The position numbers were made by a program, and so were the translations under genes. The notes under the pieces are model-generated. The model did not search any database. It was given only the letters and a program-made list of their open reading frames with translations, and was not told the origin of the DNA. Shown here one piece after another: positions 26,015 to 38,045 of a stretch of DNA of 43,398 nucleotides. Within the stretch, counting starts at the first letter, position 1; each line of letters begins with the position of its first letter. The stretch spans positions 116,447,213-116,490,610 of the forward strand of contig NC_068985.1 of NCBI RefSeq assembly GCF_001194135.2. Reading direction: 5' to 3'. Source of the DNA: Octopus bimaculoides. Its lineage: Eukaryota.

Positions 26015-26091
26015 GATATATAGATAGATAGATAGACAGACAGACATACATACAGACAGACGGACAGACAGACAGACAGACAGAGACAGAC

Positions 26092-26124
<33 letters not shown>

Positions 26125-26195
26125 CAGACAGACGGACAAACAGACAAGCAGACAGACAGACAGACAAGCAGACAGACAGACAGGCAGATATAGAG
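25910..26195. repeat. (GATA)n grading into (GACA)n
   Basis: Direct reading. Confidence 0.92.
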
Positions 26196-26405
26196 ATAGT
26201 CAAACAAACGAACCGATACTTTCAAAGGTGTATTTACTTAAGTATAATAAACATGCGCTGAATAAAAGACTCAATATATGCTGTAGATTCGAAATATATA
26301 TTTATTATTAATTGCGATGTTTACTTCGAAAATTCATCGATATTGGTTTCTCAGAACTGTTTTTGAGAAGCCAGTATCGGCGAAAGCACGAAGTAAACAA
26401 TCATC

Positions 26406-26448
<43 letters not shown>

Positions 26449-26544
26449 GTATATATATGTGTGTGTGTACTTACATGTATATATACATATATATTGACTT
26501 GTATATAAAGATATTTACATATGCACACACACATACACACACAC

Positions 26545-26590
<46 letters not shown>

Positions 26591-28255
26591 ATATATATAT
26601 ATAAGTATGTTTGTATGTATGTATGCATGTATCGATGTATACGTGGGCGTATATTGTGTATAACAGTGTTGCTTCAGTTGATCATTGTCTTGTTAGATGC
26701 TGTAAAACAACCTGCCCTGTCAATATCAGATGAAAACAATGAGCGAGGAACACAACAAGCAAAAAAATATAAACAAACATTTGGAAGCACATTAAAAAAA
26801 AATGAAAAATGAACACACACGCTTTTAAAATTTATTGAAGTAAAAGAAATAATATTCAAATATTCGCAAGAACAACATGAGATACTGAAGAATAGAGACA
26901 TAGAAACAAGAAGAAAAACCTTAGTAAACAATGCATGCATATATGTTTGTTTTTGTGTGCGTTTGTGGGTGTTTGTGTGCATTCGGGTATGCTCGTGTGT
27001 GTGTGTTTACGTTTGTGTTTGTTTTCTTTTAATTAAAACCACCAACACATAATAAACAAACCAGCGACAATAACAATATTACAAGGAAAAAGAGAGCAGA
27101 AAGAAGAGCTATAGCAATATTAATAACGACGAGAAAGTCTAAAAAATACGAACATTACCTGCACAAACATCTAAATATAACAACAACGACAAAAATAACT
27201 ACATTATAAAATAATGCCACCAATGAAATTTTTCTCTTGATAGCCATCTTTAAAATATCGGCTTAGAAATTTATATATATAAAAAAAAATTCAACAAGAA
27301 TAAAAAAAGTCATTTTAGTAAATATTTAATTTTGTAAATGGGTATACCAAACGAGAGATAAAGGCGAAAAAATACTAGAAAAATATTCATTACATGCATG
27401 TTTACATATGTATATGGATATATATTTAGACGTATATACATATAAATATAAAAATGCATATAAATATATGTATATATATNNNNNNNNNNNNNNNNNNNNN
27501 NNNNNNNNNNNNNNNNNNNNNNNNNNNNNNNNNNNNNNNNNNNNNNNNNNNNNNNNNNNNNNNNNNNNNNNNNNNNNNNNNNNNNNNNNNNNNNNNNNNN
27601 NNNNNNNNNNNNNNNNNNNNNNNNNNNNNNNNNNNNNNNNNNNNNNNNNNNNNNNNNNNNNNNNNNNNNNNNNNNNNNNNNNNNNNNNNNNNNNNNNNNN
27701 NNNNNNNNNNNNNNNNNNNNNNNNNNNNNNNNNNNNNNNNNNNNNNNNNNNNNNNNNNNNNNNNNNNNNNNNNNNNNNNNNNNNNNNNNNNNNNNNNNNN
27801 NNNNNNNNNNNNNNNNNNNNNNNNNNNNNNNNNNNNNNNNNNNNNNNNNNNNNNNNNNNNNNNNNNNNNNNNNNNNNNNNNNNNNNNNNNNNNATATATA
27901 TATATATATATATATATACGCACACATAGATGTGCATGCATTAAAGTGTATAATCGTTCGGCTGCACACAGAAGTCACATCCGCATGTATATACAAGTAT
28001 ACACACACGCACACGCACGCATTTACAGTTATGTATATGTATGCCTGTATGGTGTGTGGGTGAATGCATGCTTTATTTAGTATTATATGTATAACATATG
28101 GTAAATTACATTACATACATGGTAAAGAGTATACAGAATGTCTGTGAGATTCATGCATACTTAATATATAATTACTGAAATGTTTGTGTGCATACACACA
28201 CACACACATATATACACACATATACACTTATACACACACACACACACACATACAT

Positions 28256-28299
<44 letters not shown>

Positions 28300-28805
28300 G
28301 TGCATTTTAATACGTGCATATATCTAATATATATTGCATATTTGTGTATGTGTGTATATATTCATATATACATTTGCCAAATGTTTTCATATATTTTATT
28401 TTTTATGTTCTCTATTCTTTAATCTTCCTCATATACATTCATAGATACACACATGCATACATGAATATATATTTATATATACATAGATACATACATACAT
28501 ACATATATATATATATATATNNNNNNNNNNTATATACGCACACACTTTTTTTTTTACCGTGGAGTAAAGTTTCTCCTCACCCCCATTCATCCCAACTTTC
28601 ACCTAATACAGCAAATAGACACATGTTCTACACTTAAATAGCGGAATGAAAAAAGACCATTACCTTGTAAATGGACGATATAATGGTTTTAACAGTTCGA
28701 AGTCTTCTTTTTATCTATAGTCACCTTGACTGTATTAGGTATCTGAGTGAATGCTTTCAATGCATACAATGAGATAGACATACAACATAAAGAGATTATT
28801 ATGTG

Positions 28806-28852
<47 letters not shown>

Positions 28853-29671
28853 NNNNNNNNNNGTGTGTGTGTGGGTGTGTGTGTGTATGTGTGCGTGTGT
28901 GTGTGTGTGTGTGTATATATGTATATACACACGCATTCACACACACACTCACTCACACACATACATTTATGTTTATATATCCAACCATTCATACATGTAT
29001 GCAATGTTGATGTATGCAGATACAACATCGCGTATACCTGCTTTAATTCACGGGAAATAGGTTATGCGCAAGTGTCTATCTGTCTTTCCTCCGTGTATAC
29101 ATATATATATATATANNNNNNNNNNNNNNNNNNNNNNNNNNNNNNNNNNNNNNNNNNNNNNNNNNNNNNNNNNNNNNNNNNNNNNNNNNNNNNNNNNNNN
29201 NNNNNNNNNNNNNNNNNNNNNNNNNNNNNNNNNNNNNNNNNNNNNNNNNNNNNNNNNNNNNNNNNNNNNNNNNNNNNNNNNNNNNNNNNNNNNNNNNNNN
29301 NNNNNNNNNNNNNNNNNNNNNNNNNNNNNNNNNNNNNNNNNNNNNNNNNNNNNNNNNNNNNNNNNNNNNNNNNNNNNNNNNNNNNNNNNNNNNNNNNNNN
29401 NNNNNNNNNNNNNNNNNNNNNNNNNNNNNNNNNNNNNNNNNNNNNNNNNNNNNNNNNNNNNNNNNNNNNNNNNNNNNNNNNNNNNNNNNNNNNNNNNNNN
29501 NNNNNNNNNNNNNNNNNNNNNNNNNNNNNNNNNNNNNNNNNNNNNNNNNNNNNNNNNNNNNNNNNNNNNNNNNNNNNNNNNNNNNNNNNNNNNNNNNNNN
29601 NNNNNNNNNNNNNNNNNNNNNNNNNNNNNNNNNNNNNNNNNNNNNTATATATATATATATATATATATATA

Positions 29672-29830
29672 TGACGGGCCTCTTTCAGTTTCCATCTACG
29701 AAATCCACTCACTAGGTTTTGGTCGGCCCGAGGCTATAACAGAAGACATTTGCCTAAGGTGCCATGCAGGGGTCTGAGCCTGAAACTATGTGGTTGTTGA
29801 GCAATCTACCTTCCACACAACCACTCCTGC
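29672..29830 (-). mobile_element. 5' half of a family A SINE
   Basis: Reverse complement of gcgcaggagtggttgtg...ggcaccttaggcaaatg...gaaactgaaagaggcccgtc. Confidence 0.8.
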
Positions 29831-29934
29831 GCATATGTGGATATGTTCATATGTATGTATGTGTGTGTATACATACGTATGTATGTGTATGTATACACAC
29901 ATATATAAATATATATATACATATATGTGTGTAT

Positions 29935-30165
29935 CTGTGTGTGTGTCTGTGTTTTGGTGTTTTTTTGTGTCTTTGTTTCTCCCCATTACCGTTTGACGGC
30001 CGTTATTGGTGTGTTTACGTCGCCGCAATTTAGCGATTCGGCAGAAAGACCCGATAGAATAAGTACTAGGCTTTAAAAGAAATAAATCTTGAAGGCGATC
30101 TATTCAACTAAAATCCTTCTAGGTGCTGCAATTGAATGAATGAAAGAAGCAAACGATAAAAGATT
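29935..30165 (+). mobile_element. 3' half of a family A SINE
   Basis: ggtgtgtttacgtcgccgcaatttagcgattcggcagaaagacccgatagaataagtactaggctt. Confidence 0.75.
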
Positions 30166-30591
30166 AAATTTACAAACTTCCTCCAGGAAGCACGGAATAG
30201 TCTTCTTTATATAGATTTGACCAGATGCAAAAATATTCGTTTCGTTTTTTTTTGCATCAATTGGAATAGTACTCGCTTATGATTCTTCACTTTTATCATT
30301 TATCTTTTACTAGCTTTAGCCAATGATCAGCGGCCATACTAGAGCAGCGTTTTGAAGGGTATTAGTTGAACGAATCGCCTGCCGTATTTTTTGAAAAACT
30401 GTTAATCATTATATAGCTACCTTTTGGCAAACGGTTTGGTTACATGGCGTAAACAAATTAACACGTTTGTCAAACGTCGGTGTTGGCCGCACATACAAAT
30501 GCACACACGCACGCATAAATAGATACATATATACACGCACGCACACATTCACACATACACACATATAAGTATGTATGTGCACGTGCACGTA

Positions 30592-30629
<38 letters not shown>

Positions 30630-31000
30630 NNNNNNNNNNNNNNNNNNNNNNNNNNNNNNNNNNNNNNNNNNNNNNNNNNNNNNNNNNNNNNNNNNNNNNN
30701 NNNNNNNNNNNNNNNNNNNNNNNNNNNNNNNNNNNNNNNNNNNNNNNNNNNNNNNNNNNNNNNNNNNNNNNNNNNNNNNNNNNNNNNNNNNNNNNNNNNN
30801 NNNNNNNNNNNNNNNNNNNNNNNNNNNNNNNNNNNNNNNNNNNNNNNNNNNNNNNNNGTGCTGTATACCGATTAGTTTGCCCCAATCGTTGTATGAACAG
30901 GATTGGGTATTATAAGTCGTGTATTAGCGTGTGTATATGTAAATATATAAAAACAAAAGGATAAAGAGAGCAAAGGTAAGGTTGAAGAATTTTATGGATA

Positions 31001-31053
31001 GAGTTTTACAGCTGTTTCTGGAAAGATCCAGTACTTCCCTTCATCGGAGACAG
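31001..31053 (-). ncRNA. Degenerate minimal type I hammerhead ribozyme motif, Penelope-like-element type
   Basis: Minus strand: ctgtct-CCGATGA-a-GGGAAG-tactggat-CTTTCC-a-GAAA-C-AGCT-G-TA-aaact. The core is CUGAUGA with one substitution. Stem II has 6 bp (one G-U). GAAA is intact, followed by a palindromic helix III (CAGCTG) and a GUA cleavage triplet. Stem I is partly eroded. Confidence 0.55.
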
Positions 31054-33177
31054 AAAAAATAAAGTTATCTATTATTATATCCATGAATACGACGGGTTTG
31101 TTTTCAATCCCCGTCTACTAAATCCACTCAGAAAAATTTTGTCGGCCCAGTTCTCACTCTTTGACTGCCAAAATATCATCATCAAATATCACTCCCTTGA
31201 GTAAGTTCATTACTTATTTATATTAGCTTGTCGTGAAACAATGTTTAGTCCCAACTCAGTTCAGTCTCAATTCCTCATTTGCTCTTAAGCACTTTGGGCA
31301 GTAAATTCACTCCACTAGTTTCTCTGAGCTACTTTTTTTTTCCTCCGCGTCCGGTCTTCTGACATTTACTTCCCTCTTACCGTTTATGAATACTCAGGTT
31401 CATGCAGTTTTCAGTTTTCCCCACTTTCATTTTCCATCTGCCGGTGTTGACTTGAAAGCTGTTTTAGGATAGCATTGGTCTGGTTGTCGGAATATTTAAC
31501 GTCTTGAAACTATCAAAGATGTTCCAAATTCATATTGTTTATAGTATTAGGACTATTAGGAGTATTAACACTATCCAATGCAAGTTTTCCCCTCTTCAAG
31601 ACAGCATTGTCGTTGTTTGATTATTTGGCTGGTATATTTAGCTGATCAAGTAACTCTAATAAAGAAAAAACTTGGAATGTTTGGTCAGTTAGTTCATATT
31701 TCATGTTATAAGAGATAACCTGCGGTCGTCTAAAATAAGTGTTTTATGGTTTTAACAGATGAACCATTTTCTTTTTACATTTATTTTAATGCTTTCCAAT
31801 TTTCTTTAAATTAATACGAATTACAAACATTATCGATGCAACATAATTGTATGACTTGTTTAATCGACAGATGCTAAGATTTTTCCGCTGAGAACAATCC
31901 TTTTAGTGATGTCTAGTGTTAAAAAGCCAAATATACATCAATGCTAAACGAAACAAAATGAATCCAGAAGTGATTACAAGACCGACAGCTACGTATTCCA
32001 CAGCAGTTGCAACTTATGAACACTGTGCATTCGCGTCACTTCTCAAACAAAACAATATCCAGTAGTTTGAGGTATGTATTGATTCTGTATAAAATATCTG
32101 CTGGTTTACGGTGCTGCCACAGAGGCGTAATAAATTCGAATTATGGAATAAACTCAGCTCTATAATAAAAAACAAACATTATCAATACAGCATTCTTAAT
32201 GCACATGTCTCGTTTTGCCCATTTCTCATGTATATTGTGATTTTTAACACTGTACGACACGAACAAAACCAGTAGCTTCTGCCGTTTATACAGCATACAG
32301 ACATTATGTCCTACTGAAAATGTGTTTTTCTTTTTTTTATTACAGAGCAGATTCTATTGCATAATTCAAATTTAACATGAAAAATATTTTTATTGTATTG
32401 TTTTATAGTATTTTGTAGTTCTATTCTCCCGCTACACTTTCTGTTTATCATATTTGAAATATGAAAAAATTTACCTTTATCAGACACATAACGATAGAGT
32501 ACCAAGTAAAAGAAAAAGAAAGAATTTATGTGGGAACGCAATAAAAAGACTGGCCTGGTGACAAGTTTGGACGTTCTATAAAATATCATGAGATTCTAAG
32601 TGTTTTTGACATTTAGAAAAGTATAATCTAGTTCACATTTTAAACTCATGTATTCAATTTATTGATTTTCATTCCAGTTGTGGAACTGATATTGCCTGAC
32701 AGGTATCATATATTTCTTAAAAGCTGTCTAGACTGATCTTAAGATTTCTTAACTGTTTTCTTTATGATATATCGGGAAGAATGGAATTCTAATAAATCGC
32801 ATAAAGAAAATTTAAAACACCTACCACATGTTACCTCGCTGGGAATTTAGATGCTTCGGTGACTAATCAGTTCATCAGTCACATACATACACGCACAGAC
32901 ACACACGCGCACACACACACACACACACACATACACACACACACACACACACACAANNNNNNNNNNNNNNNNNNNNNNNNNNNNNNNNNNNNNNNNNNNN
33001 NNNNNNNNNNNNNNNNNNNNNNNNNNNNNNNNNNNNNNNNNNNNNNNNNNNNNNNNNNNNNNNNNNNNNNNNNNNNNNNNNNNNNNNNNNNNNNNNNNNN
33101 NNNNNNNNNNNNNNNNNNNNNNNNNNNNNNNNNNNNNNNNNNNNNNNNNNNNNNNNNNNNNNNNNNNNNNNTATAAA

Positions 33178-33552
33178 TGTGTGGTAAGAAGCTTGCTTCA
33201 TAACAACATGGTTCCGGGTTCAGTCCCACAGCATGGCACCTTAAGCTAGTGTTTCGTACTATTGCCTCGGGCCGACCAAAGTGGATTTGGTGGACGGAAA
33301 CTGAAAGAAGACCGTCATATACGTGTGTGTATGTTTGTGTGTGTGTTCCTGTCTGTGCTTGTTCCCCAACACTGCATGACAACCTATGTTGGTGTGTTTA
33401 CGTCTGCGTAACCTAGCGTTTCGCAAAGAGAACGATAGAATAAGTATGAGGCTAAACAAAACATAAGTAATGGGGTCGATTCTTTCACCTAAAATTTCCT
33501 CAAAGCGGTGCCCTAGCATAGCCACAGTCTAATGGCTGAAACAAGAATAAAA
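33178..33552 (+). mobile_element. Family A SINE
   Basis: tgtggtaagaagcttgc...ggttccgggttcagtccc...cctcgggccgaccaaag...ctagcatagccacagtctaatggctgaaacaag. Confidence 0.85.
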
Positions 33553-33749
33553 GTTTTTAAAAATATATATAACACAGAGATAATAGGTTTGATACATTTT
33601 ATTAGGGCTTACAATTGTTTTCGAGAAGCATAATAGAAGTTTAATTCCGTTGGTTAATTTTATTAATTTATCGATCGATAATCAGTCGAGTGAAAAAGTT
33701 GAGAACAATTTTTCCTCCGCTATCCTCTTCAAAGTTACTTTTTCTTCAG

Positions 33750-33838
33750 CAAGTTGTTGACCAGCCAAACATTGGCAAAACCATGGAAGAGCAAATAGTA
33801 GTAGCAGCAAGAATCAAAGAATAGTAGAATTGGCCACG
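33750..33838 (+). other. Possible 89-nt non-coding exon (unverified)
   Basis: Acceptor gttactttttcttcag|C and donor ACG|gtaagt both match consensus. All three frames contain a stop. Confidence 0.3.
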
Positions 33839-34059
33839 GTAAGTCTTCAAGCAATAATTAGTCTTTCTTTTTTTAATACTTACATGTAAACACGTCAGTT
33901 TTACCTCTCATAATCTTGTAATAATATATCATTTCCGGAAGACCTGAACGAGGTATGGTGGTATCAGATTTCATTCAATCTCATTTATGTGTGCCAAACT
34001 ATATTAATGTAAATGGTAAATATCCTCTTCGTTTATGGAAGACCATTAGATTGCTCCTA

Positions 34060-34340
34060 GAAGCTTCCCTTCCAAGGCATAAGTCTGAGCAAGATTGTTT
34101 ATGGAAGGCCATGCATACAGACTCCCCTTTCCATGCCACCGATGTTATCCAAGGGAAACGCGAAGGTTAATACAGAATGGTTTCAGTGACATCGGAACTC
34201 ATTTCTACAGATGAGTGGACTGGGGCAACGCAAAATAAAACGTCTTGATCAAGAAAACAACACACAGCACGGTCCAGGAACCGAACTCACTGCCTCATGA
34301 TTGTAAGCCCAACGCTCTAACCACTGAGCCATGCGCCTAT
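34060..34340 (-). mobile_element. Family C SINE
   Basis: Reverse complement of aggcgcatggctcagtggttagagcgttgggc...gagttcggttcctggacc...ttcttgatcaagacgtttt...gccccagtccactcatctg. Confidence 0.75.
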
Positions 34341-34617
34341 TTGAAATAAGTATAAGGGAAGTGTAAATAAACGAAAAACATTAGGCCACTGATTTACAAG
34401 TTCGGCTTGTGACAAAGAGATCTTCTGAGTTATTTCGCCTGGAGAATAGAGTTTCAACCTTTTGAGGTGAGCTCAATAATCTAGTTATGTTCTGTGATTG
34501 ATCTCTGTGGGTTTTCCAATCATCATTGTATCATCTTTTGCGTAAGGGGGCTACAGTGTGCAGCAGATTTCGCGGTGGGACCTAGCAAGCACAAACACAC
34601 ACACACGCACACACACA

Positions 34618-34665
<48 letters not shown>

Positions 34666-34730
34666 NNNNNNNNNNNNNNNNNNNNNNNNNNNNNNNNNNN
34701 NNNNNNNNNNNNNNNNNNNNNNNNNNNNNN

Positions 34731-34767
<37 letters not shown>

Positions 34768-35410
34768 TCATATACACACACGCAAATATATTTCAATGTA
34801 CACAGTTTCGGTGCAGCCTGTCAATCTGCAAGACATGGCAAACAAATCTCCCTCATATCACACACAACTATTTCACAAATGTGAATGACGCATTGGTTAA
34901 TGTCGCCTGGAAAGAAGAGATGATGGTTATACATTGACCGATTATGAAGATAACATTGTGTGATCCTTATATTAGGAATGACTAATCAGGTCTTATGTCA
35001 CTTACTTTTATCAATTACTGAACGGATTTGTCTGTCAGCTAAGGTTATCGTGATAATCCGTCCTCTGTCTGATGACTATGGCGGTGAAAATCTCTGAGTA
35101 GAAAGCTCTCCCTGTCAAGCCAAACTTTTATCAACATTATCGAATATAATTGAAACCAGGTGAAGCAGGAAAAGCGAAAGTGAGTGTGAGAGGGATCAAG
35201 AGAGAGGGAAAGAGTGCTAGGGAGAATGAGAGGGGTCAAGAGAGAGTTAGGGAGAGGAATTTCCATCCTGAAAATGTTAAGTGCTGTGAAATCTCGTTTT
35301 TATATTATTTTGCGAGATTCTTGGTGTGAGTTCGTGTGTCGAAACAAATTCATATATAAATGTGAGTTATTTTTTATGTTCAGTTATAACAAGAACAGCT
35401 TTACGTGGGT

Positions 35411-35896
35411 TACTCTTTTTACTCTTTTACATGTTTCAGTCATTTGACTGCGGCCATACTGGAGCACCGCCTGTAGTCGAGAAAATCGACCCCAGGACTT
35501 ATTCTTTGTAAGCCTAGTACTTATTCCATCGGTCTCTTTTTACCCAAGCGCTAGGTTACGGGGACGTAAACACACCAGCATCGGTTGTCAAGCGATGGTG
35601 GGGGGACAAACACAGACAGACAGACAGACANNNNNNNNNNNNNNNNNNNNNNNNNNNNNNNNNNNNNNNNNNNNNNNNNNNNNNNNNNNNNNNNNNNNNN
35701 NNNNNNNNNNNNNNNNNNNNNNNNNNNNNNNNNNNNNNNNNNNNNNNNNNNNNNNNNNNNNTACCAAATCCACTCACAGGGCTTTGGTCAGCCCGAGGCT
35801 ATAGTAAAAGACACTTGCCCAAGGTGCCACGCAGTGGGACTGAACCCAGAACCATGTGGTTGGTAAGCAAGCTATTTACCACACAGCCACTCCTGT
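35411..35896 (-). mobile_element. Full-length family A SINE (microsatellite centre in a gap)
   Basis: Tail tactctttttactctttt...cagtcatttgactgcggccatactggagcaccgcc, head ...gctatttaccacacagccactcctg. Confidence 0.88.
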
Positions 35897-36230
35897 ACAT
35901 TAGTCTTAAACAAGAATATTATTGACAGTAACTTCGAAGTTTTCGCTGCCTAACCCATCGTCGGAATGCGATACATTGACGTTAATCTTGGTTTTATATA
36001 GTCTCTGTTGAGTTGAGCTCTTCCTTGCGTAAGTGGATTTGAGTGAAGTGTTAATTAGTTTGTAGAATGGGTTGTGATGGATAGGTGTTTTAGCAAAGTT
36101 TTTAAGTTTTGAGTTATATTATTGTTCATGTGTATAGAACTTTTTAAACAGGTGCGTATATTTAGGTGTCTATATTAGAGTGTCACCCCTTCGGGTTATG
36201 AAAATTCCTTTTAGTGTTTCACAAAAAGTA

Positions 36231-36672
36231 TGTAGATATAGGTGCAGGAGTGCCTGTGTAGATATAGGCGCAGGAGTGGTTGTGTAGTAAGTAGCTTGCT
36301 CACCAACCACATAGTTCCGGGTTCAGTCCCACTGCGTGGCACCTTGGACAAGTGTCTTTTACTATAGCCTCGGGCCGACTACAGCCTTGTGAGTGGATTT
36401 GGTAGACGGAAACTGAAAGAAGCCCGTCGTATATTCGTATATATACTATGTGTGTGTATATGTTCGTGTGTCTGTGTTTGTTCCCCCAACATCGTTTGAC
36501 AACCGATGCTGGTGTGTCTACGTCCCCGTAACTTAGCGGTTCGGCAAAAGAGACCGATAGAATAAGTACTAGGCTTACAAAGAATAAGTCCTGGGGTCGA
36601 TTTGCTCGACTAAAAGGTGTGCTCCAGCATGACCGCACTCAAATGACTGAAAGAGGTAAAAGAGTAAAGAGT
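36231..36672 (+). mobile_element. Full-length family A SINE with a tandemly duplicated 26-nt head
   Basis: tgtagatataggtgcaggagtgcctg followed by tgtagatataggcgcaggagtggttg, then a complete body and the tail agagtaaaagagtaaagag. Confidence 0.88.
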
Positions 36673-37021
36673 ATATGTCTAGCATTTGCTAGTAGCTTTA
36701 GTTATATTTTGTTTTTATTGGAGTTAATGTTTTGTTTTGAAAATGTAAAGATCAAAGATGGAAGTTTAAATCCTTGTTTAAAACCTTGGTAAATGGGCGT
36801 GTCAATTTAAATTTTTTTGTATATATAATGGAATGTTTTAGTGGTTCACAAAAGAATGTTAGTAGGTGGTATGTTTTAGCTAGTCACTTTCTTTACATGG
36901 TGTTGTTGTTGTTATTGAGGTTATTTCCTGTCTATATTCGTTTATTGTATTTGGTTATTTCCTGTTTGTATGTGGGGATTTTAGTCTGGCATGTGACCGT
37001 GTTGTTAATATAGCAATGTGT

Positions 37022-37220
37022 TTAAGGCGGCGAACTCGCAGAAACGTTAACACATCGGGTGAAATGCTTAGCGGTATTTCGTCTGTCTTTACGTTTTGGG
37101 TTCAAATTCCGCCGTGGTTGACTTCCGTCGATAAATTAAGAACTAGTTACGCACTGGGGTCGATGTAATCGACTTAATCCCTTTGTCTGTCCTTGTTTGC
37201 CCAATATGTTTAGCCCCTTA
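37022..37220 (+). mobile_element. Family B SINE, internally and 3' truncated
   Basis: taaggcggcgaactcgcagaaacgttaacacatcgggtgaaatgcttagcggtatttcgtctg...gataaattaagaactag...ctggggtcgatgtaatcgacttaatccc. Confidence 0.82.
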
Positions 37221-37384
37221 TTTAAAAAGTTAAAATTATTTTTTTTTAAAAGAGTAAAAGCAGAAATGAGTAGTCCAACTTGCTTGCATATCAATATATG
37301 TGTGCTTCCATATCAATATGTGTGTGTTTAGGTTTGTGGACTTATATTAGAAAAACCTTTCATGAGAATTTTGGTTGCAGATAT

Positions 37385-37515
37385 TAGAATACTGCTGTCG
37401 TACGTATGGCCTACCAGCAGCGAATCTCTCCAGCTAGAGATTAACCACAGCCTCCAGCATCTTGAGATAACGGTTGAATACAGCTTAAGGGTTGCTAAAT
37501 GATGTGGAGTATATA
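37385..37515 (-). mobile_element. Short Tc1/mariner transposase remnant (maT/DD37D-like)
   Basis: Minus frame YLKMLEAVVNL*LERFAAGRPYVRQQYS, similar to Y...LE.VV.PW...A.GRPYV.QQDSAP around the second catalytic Asp. Confidence 0.6.
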
Positions 37516-37929
37516 CCGACACGACAACGCCGTAAGAACGCCTGCTGGGTCCCTTTCTGTAGGCCAGGGCTGTTTAGTGTCCGTTGCAGCTGTCCTTGTC
37601 ACGTCTTACAGCCTTTATAATATTCATAGAGCATTGAACAGTAGTCATGATGTAGGCATGCTGATATTGGAGCGAATCATCATAATACAGGTAACTCCTT
37701 TCCAATATTCAGATAGCTTCTAGTCCTCCATATCGGTTAACTTTTTCTCAACTATAACTTTAACCTTTGCACTCTCCAACATCTTGGACTATCCATCTAC
37801 CAGTACATCAAGCCTCTCCTGAACAAAGAAGACATTGCCAAATAATCAAATTTAGACCAAATATGCTGTAGACATATGTACATTTATATACGACGGGCAT
37901 CCTCACACATTTTGGCTATTAAATTTATT

Positions 37930-38045
37930 CACAAGACATTCGGGACTGGTGTAGAAAACATTTTCTTAAGGTGCGACGCAGTGGGACTGAACCCGAAATT
38001 AGGTTTTTGCTAAGCAAGCATATTAACCACACGGCTATGCCTGTA
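37930..38045 (-). mobile_element. Old 5' fragment of a family A SINE
   Basis: aaggtgcgacgcagtgggactgaacccgaa...gcaagcatattaaccacacggctatgcctg. Confidence 0.65.

Noticed and set aside
35068-35100. CTGATGA...GAAA as a hammerhead
   Set aside because: Stem II, stem III and stem I do not pair.
35900-37020. Possible Penelope RT fragment (TKVLNKDLNF) around the SINE
   Set aside because: Only one short motif; the rest is untranslatable, which is insufficient.
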